Source of the DNA: Phycisphaerae bacterium
Lineage (GTDB): Bacteria; Planctomycetota; Phycisphaerae; FEN-1346; JAACEH01
DNA length: 64,000 nucleotides
Reading direction: 5' to 3'
NCBI GenBank assembly: GCA_041690105.1
Contig: JAWLHX010000014.1
Span: 740-64,739, forward strand
The notes under the pieces were generated by a model that saw only the letters and a program-made list of their open reading frames with translations, was not told where the DNA came from and did not search any database. The position numbers and the translations under genes were made by a program. Positions 56,206 to 64,000 of this stretch are shown one piece after another. The first letter of the stretch is position 1; each line of letters starts with the position of its first letter.

Positions 56206-59088
56206 GTGATTACCATGCTGAACGGTGTACGGCGTGTGCACGTGATTGCGTGCGGGGTGCTGGGACTTGATTTGCGGGCTGTGGCCGACTCGCTTGACCT
56301 GGACCTGTCGATGGAGTTTCTGCCTGGCGGGCTGCACCGCGAGCCACTGGAATTGCGGCGCAGGTTGCAGGAGGCCATTGACCGGGCTGCCGATGATCGT
56401 CGGGCGGACCTTATTGCCATCGGCTATGGCGTTTGCGGGCTGGGTGCGGTTGACATCAAGGCACGCGCCATTCCGCTGGCTATTCCGCGGGTGAATGACT
56501 GTATCGCCCTTTTTCTCGGGTCCGACAAGGCCTACCGCGATCAATTCGCCCGCGAGCCCGGCACCTACTATATTGCCGACGGCTGGGTGGCCGAGAATTC
56601 CGCGCCGCCAAGCCAAAGCAGTACTACCACCGGCACACCCGAGCAGGCAAGCGCCAAGGACGAGTTCCAGCGACTGGTGGAGGCCCATGGCGAGGAGAAC
56701 GCCGAGGCCATCCGCTATTTTCTCAGCAGTTGGCAGCGTAATTACCGCCGCGCAGCTTACATTGACACGGGGCTGTCCATCAAGCGCCGCCATGCCGATA
56801 TGGCTCGCGATATGGCCGAGCGGTTCGGCTGGAAGTACGAGGAGCTGCGGGGCACGCCTCACCTGCTCGAGTCGTTGCTGACCACCCGGGAGACTTCGGA
56901 TGAAATTCTCATAGTGCCGCCGCACTACGTAACTGCCTACGATGCCAGCAGGCGAACTCTTGCGGCCCGCCCTGCCTGGCAGAGCGGACCAGCAGGCGAG
57001 AACCGCAAGCTTGTGCTCGATAGTGGCCCCACCGCCCATGATGCTGACCTCCAACCGACGCGGGTAGGCCTCGGCATCGACGCCGGCGGCACCTTTACCG
57101 ATGTGGTCATATACGATTTTGCCAGCGAGCAGGTCCTGCAGAAGGCGAAGGCTCCGACTACGCCCTGGGATTACACCATCGGCATCAACCAGGCGCTGGA
57201 TCAGCTCGACCCCCTGCGTCTGGCCCAGGTTGACCTGGTATCGGTTTCCACTACGCTGGCCACCAATGCCATTGTCGAGGGCCGCGGACAGAAGGTTGGC
57301 CTGCTCATCTGGCCGCCCTACGGGCAATACTATCCGCAGGACTTTTCCTATCAGCCGTTGGCCACCTTGCGCGGTCAGCTGGAGATTAACGGGGCGGAGA
57401 TCGAAGCAATTGATGCGGGCCAGATTGCCGCCGTAGCCCGGCAGATGGTGGAGCGTCACCAGGTGAAGGCGTTCGCCGTCACGGGTTTCGCCAGCCACGC
57501 CAACCCTTCGCACGAACTGGCCGCCAAGAAGATCATCCGGGAACTGACGCACATGCCCGTCACCTGCGGCCACGAGGTCTCCGAGGGCCTCAGCTACATC
57601 ATCCGGGCCGAGACGGCCATGCTCAATTCGCGAATCATACCGTACCTGCAGGAATTGCTGGAACAGTTCCGCTCGTCGCTCCAGCAGCGGCAGATCGATG
57701 CCCCGATCATGGTGGTGCGGAGCGACGGTTCGCTGATGAGCGTGCAGACGGCTCTTGAAAAGCCGATCGAAACTATTCTCTCGGGGCCTGCGGCCAGCGT
57801 TGCCGGCGGGCGTCACCTGGCCGGTGTCAGCGACGCCATAGTGGTTGACATTGGCGGCACGACTACCGATACGGCAATCATTGCCGACGATCACGTCCGC
57901 ACCTGTCCGGAAGGCGCCCGCGTCGGAAAATGGCGGACGCACGTCAAGGCACTCGACATGCGCACCATGGGCCTCGGAGGAGACAGTCTGCTGGCCTGGC
58001 GGCAGGGCGAATTGCAGGTCGGGCCGCGGCGGGTGGTACCGATAGGTTCGCTAGCCGGCATTGCCGACCCACATCCGGCGCTGGACTGGGTGGAGCGTCA
58101 CCTCGATCATTTCAGCGAGTCGACCGAGGGCATGTGCCTGCTGCGAGCCACGGGCCGAGCCGCTGAGGGCAAACTGGATGTCCGGCAGCAGGCCGTTCTG
58201 GATGCCCTGGCCCGCGGTCCTCGATGCCTGCACGAGCTTTCCGAGCAGATGGGCTGCGGCGGCTGGCAGTTCCTGCCCATCGGCCCGCTGGAAGACGCCC
58301 ATATGGTTCAGCGCTGCGGGTTGACACCGACCGACCTGTTGCACGTCGGCGGTTTGTTGTCGCTGTGGCCCGATCTGCAGGTCTCGACGAGGCTGGCCGA
58401 CCTGCTGGGGCGGGTGGCCGGAATTGATCGTCAGGAGTTGGCTCGGCGCGGCTTGGCGCTGGTGGTCAAACGGCTGACTCTGGAACTCATCCGTACGCAA
58501 CTGGCCGCATCGACCGACCAGCAGTCGGCTGATGCGGGCAGAGACGATGAAGACCGCCTGCTGCAGGATAGCCCCTGGCTTGCTCTTATTGAGAACCTGC
58601 TGGCCGGCGGTAGCGACGACTACCATGTTCGGCTGCGGATCAAGCGTCCCCTGGTTGGCATTGGCGCCCCCGTGGGCCACTTTTTGCCTCAGGCAGCCGA
58701 GCGGCTGGAGACCGAGGCCATTGTTCCGCCCCATGCTGAAGTGGCCAACGCCGTTGGCGCCATCACCAGCCTGATTGTGCTGCGGCGACAAGTACAGATT
58801 GTGCCTGATGATCAGGGCCGATACCGCGTGGAGGGGTTGCCCGGGGCCAGGGCGTTCCGCGAACTTGAACCGGCCACTGAATTTGCCACCAGCCAATTGC
58901 AGGCCCTGCTGCTCGCTGCGGCCCGAGCCAACGGCACAAGCCAGCATCGCGTTGAGGTGACCATGCGCGATCGGGTAAGCCGCACGAATTATGGCGGAGA
59001 CATTTTCATCTGCCGGCTGATTTCAGCCAGTTTGAGCGGGCGTCCCGACCTGTCTCGCCTGACCGGTGCAGCAATGGCTGAATCATGA
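56206..59088 (+). CDS. fusion protein: N-terminal DUF1638-like domain plus hydantoinase/oxoprolinase-family (ASKHA ATPase) domains
   Basis: Residues ~290-960 carry GIDAGGTFTDVVIYD and DIGGTTTD (the Hydant_A_N / Hydantoinase_A phosphate loops). The N-terminal ~280 aa resemble DUF1638. The listed minus ORF 56053..57942 is its antisense artefact. Confidence 0.65.
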   Translation: MITMLNGVRRVHVIACGVLGLDLRAVADSLDLDLSMEFLPGGLHREPLELRRRLQEAIDRAADDRRADLIAIGYGVCGLGAVDIKARAIPLAIPRVNDCIALFLGSDKAYRDQFAREPGTYYIADGWVAENSAPPSQSSTTTGTPEQASAKDEFQRLVEAHGEENAEAIRYFLSSWQRNYRRAAYIDTGLSIKRRHADMARDMAERFGWKYEELRGTPHLLESLLTTRETSDEILIVPPHYVTAYDASRRTLAARPAWQSGPAGENRKLVLDSGPTAHDADLQPTRVGLGIDAGGTFTDVVIYDFASEQVLQKAKAPTTPWDYTIGINQALDQLDPLRLAQVDLVSVSTTLATNAIVEGRGQKVGLLIWPPYGQYYPQDFSYQPLATLRGQLEINGAEIEAIDAGQIAAVARQMVERHQVKAFAVTGFASHANPSHELAAKKIIRELTHMPVTCGHEVSEGLSYIIRAETAMLNSRIIPYLQELLEQFRSSLQQRQIDAPIMVVRSDGSLMSVQTALEKPIETILSGPAASVAGGRHLAGVSDAIVVDIGGTTTDTAIIADDHVRTCPEGARVGKWRTHVKALDMRTMGLGGDSLLAWRQGELQVGPRRVVPIGSLAGIADPHPALDWVERHLDHFSESTEGMCLLRATGRAAEGKLDVRQQAVLDALARGPRCLHELSEQMGCGGWQFLPIGPLEDAHMVQRCGLTPTDLLHVGGLLSLWPDLQVSTRLADLLGRVAGIDRQELARRGLALVVKRLTLELIRTQLAASTDQQSADAGRDDEDRLLQDSPWLALIENLLAGGSDDYHVRLRIKRPLVGIGAPVGHFLPQAAERLETEAIVPPHAEVANAVGAITSLIVLRRQVQIVPDDQGRYRVEGLPGARAFRELEPATEFATSQLQALLLAAARANGTSQHRVEVTMRDRVSRTNYGGDIFICRLISASLSGRPDLSRLTGAAMAES

Positions 59089-59132
59089 TGATTCTGCTTT
59101 GAATCGGCGGAGGGCACGCTTTTTGCCGGGCC
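59086..59132. repeat. ~45-nt conserved motif, copy 1 (gatgattctgctttgaatcggcggagggcacgctttttgccgg)
   Basis: A near-identical copy lies at 60641-60688 (gatgattttacttttaatcggcgcagggcacgctttgtgccgg). Confidence 0.65.
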
Positions 59133-59536
59133 TTGCGAACGCCAAGGCCGCGATCATTGTCAAAAAAGATTCATACTCTTATTTGACAAAACGGAAACTT
59201 GATTCATAATTCTGGCGGAGGAGCAGAACCTTTAAGGGTGCTGCTTGTTGTTCAACGCGGGGTCGAAGCCTTTTAATGAGGCTGTACAGGCACTTCTTTA
59301 CGAGCGTTTGCAATGGTTTTGCGCTCCAGAGGAAGTCCTTGTTCGCGTCATGGAAGGTTCGGCCTTTTTTTTATTGTAAGGATTGTGCAGGAGAAGGTCT
59401 TTTTTCTGCACGTTCGGTTTCGTCAACTTGATTTGCCTGTCAGTGGCGCTAGAATGCGAATGGATGAATGCCTCGTATGAGATACTGCTTATTTGCAGCT
59501 TTTCGCGCGCCGCCCAATTCAGAAGGAGTATCAGCC

Positions 59537-60460
59537 ATGCGTAAGATTATTACCAGTCTCGTCTGCCTGGCGGCCATTGCGGTCTCAGCGGTTGCTGCAC
59601 CTGTCTTGAGCTATGAGACCTCGGGCGACAATCTGGTCGTCACCGCCGCAGATGGCGGAAATCAGTACTGGAGCATGACAGTAGACGTAGGCAGCACTAA
59701 GCCTGGCCGAATAATGGGTTTTTATGATCTCTCTGGCAGCAGTTCCTCGACGTATAATTACGGCCACGATTACAGTTTCGGTTCGGGCATGCTTGACCCG
59801 GTGGACAATGGCGACATGCGCAGTGGCGGCAAGTGGGCTATCTCGGGAGTTAACCAGGGCAGTTCATCCCTGACCTTCACGCTCAGTCGCGACGCGGTAA
59901 AGGATACAGGCACAGCCACCTATAGCATGCAGTGGACGATTTCGGCTCCGACGGTTACGGCCGGGGGCTACGCCACAAATATTCACGTTGACAACTTCTG
60001 GCAGTTTGACGCCAACTGGGTTGGAGCCAACGGTGAAGTCCGCGCCCGCTCGCTGATGCGACTGAATGCAGCCAACGGAGATGAATTTACCTATACGACT
60101 CACAATGGCGTAGCCGCCGGTGACCCGGCCGAATTGCATGTCATAGCAACTGTCAGCGGCACCAACAGCGATATGGCCGCCGGCTCGACCTTCGCCCAGA
60201 AACTGACTTATGGCCTGCACGACAGTGCTTATGACGCCGCCACAGGAAAATTCACTACTTTCAGCACTCCTGTTTTTCAGGGATTTGTTGACCTTGGGGC
60301 AAGTGGCAACTGGGCCGGCAATCCGGGTGGTGCGGGTTCGGAGCGGCTGTTCAGCAACGCCATCGACCTGGACATCAGCGTCATTCCCGAACCAGCCACA
60401 ATGTCGCTGCTTGGCATGGGCCTGGTCGGCCTGATCATTCGCCGTCGCCGGGCGAGGTAA
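59537..60460 (+). CDS. PEP-CTERM sorting-domain surface protein (exosortase substrate)
   Basis: Signal peptide MRKIITSLVCLAAIAVSAVAA. The C-terminal VIPEPATMSLLGMGLVGLIIRRRRAR is PEP, then a TM helix, then an Arg cluster. GAAGGAG Shine-Dalgarno. Confidence 0.85.
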   Translation: MRKIITSLVCLAAIAVSAVAAPVLSYETSGDNLVVTAADGGNQYWSMTVDVGSTKPGRIMGFYDLSGSSSSTYNYGHDYSFGSGMLDPVDNGDMRSGGKWAISGVNQGSSSLTFTLSRDAVKDTGTATYSMQWTISAPTVTAGGYATNIHVDNFWQFDANWVGANGEVRARSLMRLNAANGDEFTYTTHNGVAAGDPAELHVIATVSGTNSDMAAGSTFAQKLTYGLHDSAYDAATGKFTTFSTPVFQGFVDLGASGNWAGNPGGAGSERLFSNAIDLDISVIPEPATMSLLGMGLVGLIIRRRRAR

Positions 60461-60640
60461 GGTCTCGAGCCACGCAATAGCTTCAAGATGCATTCAGGGC
60501 CGGTTCCCAGCAGCGGGGACCGGCCTTTTCACTTGTTACTGCAGGCTATCGATGACACCGCCCTGCTCCCGCACACCATGTACGCCCTCTCGCCGCAAGA
60601 TTACAGCGTCTGACCTCCAGCCAGCCGGTACAGCAATGCC

Positions 60641-60688
60641 TGCATCAAGATGATTTTACTTTTAATCGGCGCAGGGCACGCTTTGTGC
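60641..60688. repeat. ~45-nt conserved motif, copy 2, containing the perfect hairpin GGCAC-GCTTT-GTGCC
   Basis: See copy 1. It lies ~150 nt upstream of the secreted-protein gene at 60841. Confidence 0.65.
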
Positions 60689-60840
60689 CGGCGGTTGTTC
60701 GTTTCGTGGACAACAGAGTGTACATTGCTATTGCTGCGGCCGATCGAACGCTGTACGATATTTTCATCATCCGTAAAAGTTTCCGGACATTACGCGGTTC
60801 ATGGCCTCCTGATCCCTGGCAATGCTTTAGAGGAAGAACA

Positions 60841-62322
60841 ATGATCCGTTTCATGGCTTGCTTAGTTCTGGCTTTTGCTGCACTTGCAGTTGATGCGTTG
60901 GCTGAAGCTACAGAAACCAGCTCCCGACCCAACGACTTGATTCTTTTGGAGAAAGTCACCCAGGGACACATTACTTGGCATTTTGACAAAGCCGCTCCAG
61001 TCGGTCAATTTGTCAACGGCGACTACTATGTCGTCGGCCCAGTCACCATAACCAGGATTGAGCCACCGCCGGCCGATGGCAGAAACGGTTCTGTACTGAA
61101 TCTGAAAGCGCCGAGCGACAAGGACCGGGACCGCTCCGCCAGCAGTTTTGACAATCGGATTCGAAATTACGACGCCAGTCGCACATCAACGACACCTTTT
61201 GAGATGAAAGCCGGAGACATGCTGGTCTCGAGCGTCAGCACGGAAAAAGGCAAGCACATGTGCCTGTTCAACCGGGAGAAGAATTTAAGTCCTGTCCTGA
61301 GCTATTCGATCCTTACCTGCCTTGAAGCCTCGGTGCCACCTGATACCTTTCGTCCTGGATACTGCGACCGCGGCATGAAGTTGTACCGCGCGCGTGACAT
61401 TCAGTGGTGGCAGCTGCATAGTCTGGAGCATGTGGAAGAGGTGCCCGACATTGATCGTTGGGCCGGGCTCTTCCGCCAGCCGTGGATCGACCTTGTCGGG
61501 TTCTGTTTTGCTGGAGCGGCCGAGTACCAGCCACAGTATGCCCGCGAAACCGTTCGAGCTGAGTCCTTCGCCACTTTGCTATTGAACCTGGACTTTCCGC
61601 ATGAAAAGAAACGACCGTTGCTGATCAATTTTGTGCAGTACGGGATCGATCTATGGTCGATTGTGAAATCCGAGCCGGAGTTCCGGGGTTGGAAGGCCAA
61701 CGGCGGCCATGGTAATGGGCGCAAATGGGCAATATGCTTTGCCGGCATGATGCTCGGCGACAAAGAGATGGCGTCACCGTCAGTAAGCCAGCCTGACTTC
61801 CGCTTCGGGATGGATATGCAGACGGCATATGGCAAATCATGGACAGGAGCTAAGGTAGTCTATGCTGGCCACTGGGGTCTCTACAAGGGGGAGCCGGCTG
61901 GCAAGCAGCCTCAACATAAGCCATACGAGCACTTAGAACCCAAAGACTGGCCAATCGGAGAGTATAAGTACCCGTGGATGAAGGAGGCAAGGAAGCAGTA
62001 TGCTGGTGAGGCATACAGACGGAGCATCAACAGTCCAGTTTGGGTCGGCACTGCCCTGGCCGCCCGCATAATGCACGCCGAACCATTCTACGCCCATAAC
62101 GCATTCTTTGATTATGTTGACCGCTGGATGACCGAGGATGATGCCCCATTGCGCGCGAAGATCATGGAGCAGACTAATCCGGCCGCTCGTCACGACTTCC
62201 GTGAAGATAAATTCCACGCTGGGAGGATCAGTGACCCATTTGTCGAGCTTATGTGGAAAAAGTATCGCAATGCAATTCCACCGAAACGCGAGCCGCCAGC
62301 CAAGGTAGATGCAGTTCCTTAG
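60841..62322 (+). CDS. secreted hypothetical protein (lower-GC gene)
   Basis: Signal peptide MIRFMACLVLAFAALAVDALA after an AGAGGAAG Shine-Dalgarno. No domain recognised. Confidence 0.55.
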   Translation: MIRFMACLVLAFAALAVDALAEATETSSRPNDLILLEKVTQGHITWHFDKAAPVGQFVNGDYYVVGPVTITRIEPPPADGRNGSVLNLKAPSDKDRDRSASSFDNRIRNYDASRTSTTPFEMKAGDMLVSSVSTEKGKHMCLFNREKNLSPVLSYSILTCLEASVPPDTFRPGYCDRGMKLYRARDIQWWQLHSLEHVEEVPDIDRWAGLFRQPWIDLVGFCFAGAAEYQPQYARETVRAESFATLLLNLDFPHEKKRPLLINFVQYGIDLWSIVKSEPEFRGWKANGGHGNGRKWAICFAGMMLGDKEMASPSVSQPDFRFGMDMQTAYGKSWTGAKVVYAGHWGLYKGEPAGKQPQHKPYEHLEPKDWPIGEYKYPWMKEARKQYAGEAYRRSINSPVWVGTALAARIMHAEPFYAHNAFFDYVDRWMTEDDAPLRAKIMEQTNPAARHDFREDKFHAGRISDPFVELMWKKYRNAIPPKREPPAKVDAVP

Positions 62323-62390
62323 AAGTTGAGCAAGCATCCATCTTTTTCGGCAACGGCGGCGGAATGTTGCCCGGCCGGCTTTCTCTGCTA

Positions 62391-64000
62391 TTAATCGCCC
62401 TCTTCAACAAGCCAGAGGCAATCGACGTCGACTTGCTTGAGGGCATCGCGATGCTTCCAGAGGCGGTTGATTTTGATGGGTGTGCCCATGCCTTCAGGCA
62501 CAAACGTCCCGATCTCGAAGGTTTGCCAGTTGCCGGGGCGGAATTGGTTGGCGTTAAGGGCCAGTTTGGCTTTGCCGACCTCGCACGACCATAGCTCGCC
62601 GTCTGCTGCATCATCGGCCAACCCCTCCGCCCGCAGACGAATGAAAGCGCGATATTTTTTGCCGACGGTGAAGTCGTTTGTGTCGCTTAGGTAATGCAGA
62701 ACGTGCCGGCCGTTGGGTGGACGGACAGCCCAGCCGTCGCTGGCACCCTCGGAACGGACATACCAGGCGGCGCCGCGGTCCATCTGGCAGCCCTGCAAGA
62801 GTCGCGTGCGTGTCCAGTCGGCCTCGGCCAGTTCGGCAGGGGCAGGAAGGCGGCCATCGGCGATAAGTTTACCGTAGTCGGCAGCCCACTCGAAAAACTG
62901 TTTGCCGGGGCCGCCTTCGCCGATCATGTTGACCTGGTAGTCGGCGACAGGGCGCAAAAAGCCTTCGGCCAGTTCCGGGCCATCCACTTTACCGCAACGT
63001 TTTTCCACGGCCCGCCACATTGGCGAGCGCGGCCCCATCTTAAGCATGACGTATCTGAGCGGCATGTGGGCATGTGCGACGCGCTTAATGATGGTCTCGT
63101 CACCACTTTCGCGGGCTGCCGCCTGGGCCTTTTGCATGGCGGCTTCGGCCTCGGCAATAATATCCGGGGCGATGTGCCGCGAATTTGTGTGGCGGTAGAT
63201 TCCCTGGACCCATTCGGGGTTTTCACGGACAAAGCGGTGCGTGGCGTCGATGTAATCGGCAATGCCGCCGGCCGCCGGACCGTAGTAGCCCTTGACGAAA
63301 TCGTCGATCAGTGCCGCCCCGTCTGATTCCGGATTCCACATGGCTCGGGCTATGACCCAGCCGCGCAGAGGAGCCATCTCGGCGTACCAGCAGTCCCAGG
63401 CTCCCTGGCTCATGATGCCGGCAACGCCATGAGCGGCGTAGTAGCGGATGTTTGGCACCAGAACGTCCAGATTCGGCTGAGGCATGAGGTAGTGCAGGAA
63501 GTTGACCATGTAATCCCACATGTAAATCCGGGTGGTGATGGCGTTCCACTGCTCCAGGTCCTGCTTAAACTGCAAGTTGGGCTGGTGCCGGCTATCGGCC
63601 AGCGGCGTGCCGAAGTCGACCTCGTAGGAAGCCAGCACGACATAGACATTCGGACGGGGCCGCAGATGCCGGGGCGGCAGCCGCGACCAGACATAAGCAT
63701 TGACTGCCACTGCGGCGCCGGGCACGGTCTCTTCCGCCTTGGCGGCTACGGCATTTGCAAAATGGATGACCGGACCAGACTGCGACCCCTCGCGCTCGGC
63801 AACCTTCTGGCAGCCCGGGCAGTGGCAATACTTATTACCGTCCTCCTGGCCGAGCATGACGAAATGAAGTGTCGGGTCGGCCTGGTATTCGGCAACAACA
63901 ACTGAGGCCATGGCCTCAATGACCGCCGGGTTGGTGAAGCAAAGCTGATCGCCACGGCTGCCGGGTTTTGCCCGCTCGCCCTTCTCGTCCATGGACATCA
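62391..64000 (-). CDS. DUF4838-domain (glycoside-hydrolase-like) protein, partial (N-terminus beyond window end)
   Basis: The long minus-strand ORF runs to the window edge. Its sequence resembles DUF4838 proteins. Confidence 0.55.
   Translation of the reverse strand, partial: MSMDEKGERAKPGSRGDQLCFTNPAVIEAMASVVVAEYQADPTLHFVMLGQEDGNKYCHCPGCQKVAEREGSQSGPVIHFANAVAAKAEETVPGAAVAVNAYVWSRLPPRHLRPRPNVYVVLASYEVDFGTPLADSRHQPNLQFKQDLEQWNAITTRIYMWDYMVNFLHYLMPQPNLDVLVPNIRYYAAHGVAGIMSQGAWDCWYAEMAPLRGWVIARAMWNPESDGAALIDDFVKGYYGPAAGGIADYIDATHRFVRENPEWVQGIYRHTNSRHIAPDIIAEAEAAMQKAQAAARESGDETIIKRVAHAHMPLRYVMLKMGPRSPMWRAVEKRCGKVDGPELAEGFLRPVADYQVNMIGEGGPGKQFFEWAADYGKLIADGRLPAPAELAEADWTRTRLLQGCQMDRGAAWYVRSEGASDGWAVRPPNGRHVLHYLSDTNDFTVGKKYRAFIRLRAEGLADDAADGELWSCEVGKAKLALNANQFRPGNWQTFEIGTFVPEGMGTPIKINRLWKHRDALKQVDVDCLWLVEEGD

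Overview
High-GC (about 60-65%) bacterial chromosomal segment, probably from a PVC-group organism such as Verrucomicrobia or Planctomycetes. The clues are a PEP-CTERM protein, many lipoproteins, GH130/GH10/DUF4838 glycan-active enzymes and a TrpB2. No rRNA, tRNA, CRISPR array, integrase or transposase could be found. The main block (2.4-17.9 kb, minus strand) is an unusually organised respiratory/central-metabolism operon. In transcription order it reads: small zinc-ribbon protein, pyruvate-dehydrogenase-type E1 alpha and E1 beta, an orphan lipoyl-domain protein with no E2 catalytic domain, nuoABCDEFGHIJK, a small membrane ORF, nuoN (nuoL and nuoM are absent), and an FAD-dependent oxidoreductase. 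The remainder is a mostly envelope/accessory region. It contains a PEBP protein, a site-2 protease, a secreted metallophosphoesterase, a low-GC three-gene hypothetical island, transaldolase and a GH130 phosphorylase. It also holds a lipid-phosphate lipoprotein cluster (PAP2, unknown, HAD/LNS2-like), an M48 peptidase and DUF1844. The most interesting locus is a tandem triplet of HtrA/DegP paralogues, one catalytically intact and two with degenerate active sites. Further on are tatA, trpB2, a beta-helix protein, a radical SAM protein, an RsbW/RsbV-type partner-switching pair, DUF1015, ahcY, trpF and a GH10 xylanase flanked by about 120-bp direct repeats. The end of the window carries a PIG-L deacetylase, DUF305 plus a heavy-metal-binding-domain fusion protein, a Gfo/Idh/MocA oxidoreductase, a DUF1638-hydantoinase fusion, a PEP-CTERM protein, a secreted hypothetical and a partial DUF4838 gene. 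Several repeated palindromic or direct-repeat intergenic elements were seen. Many long ORFs in the six-frame track are antisense artefacts of the high GC content and were ignored. Hand-derived coordinates may be off by a few nucleotides.
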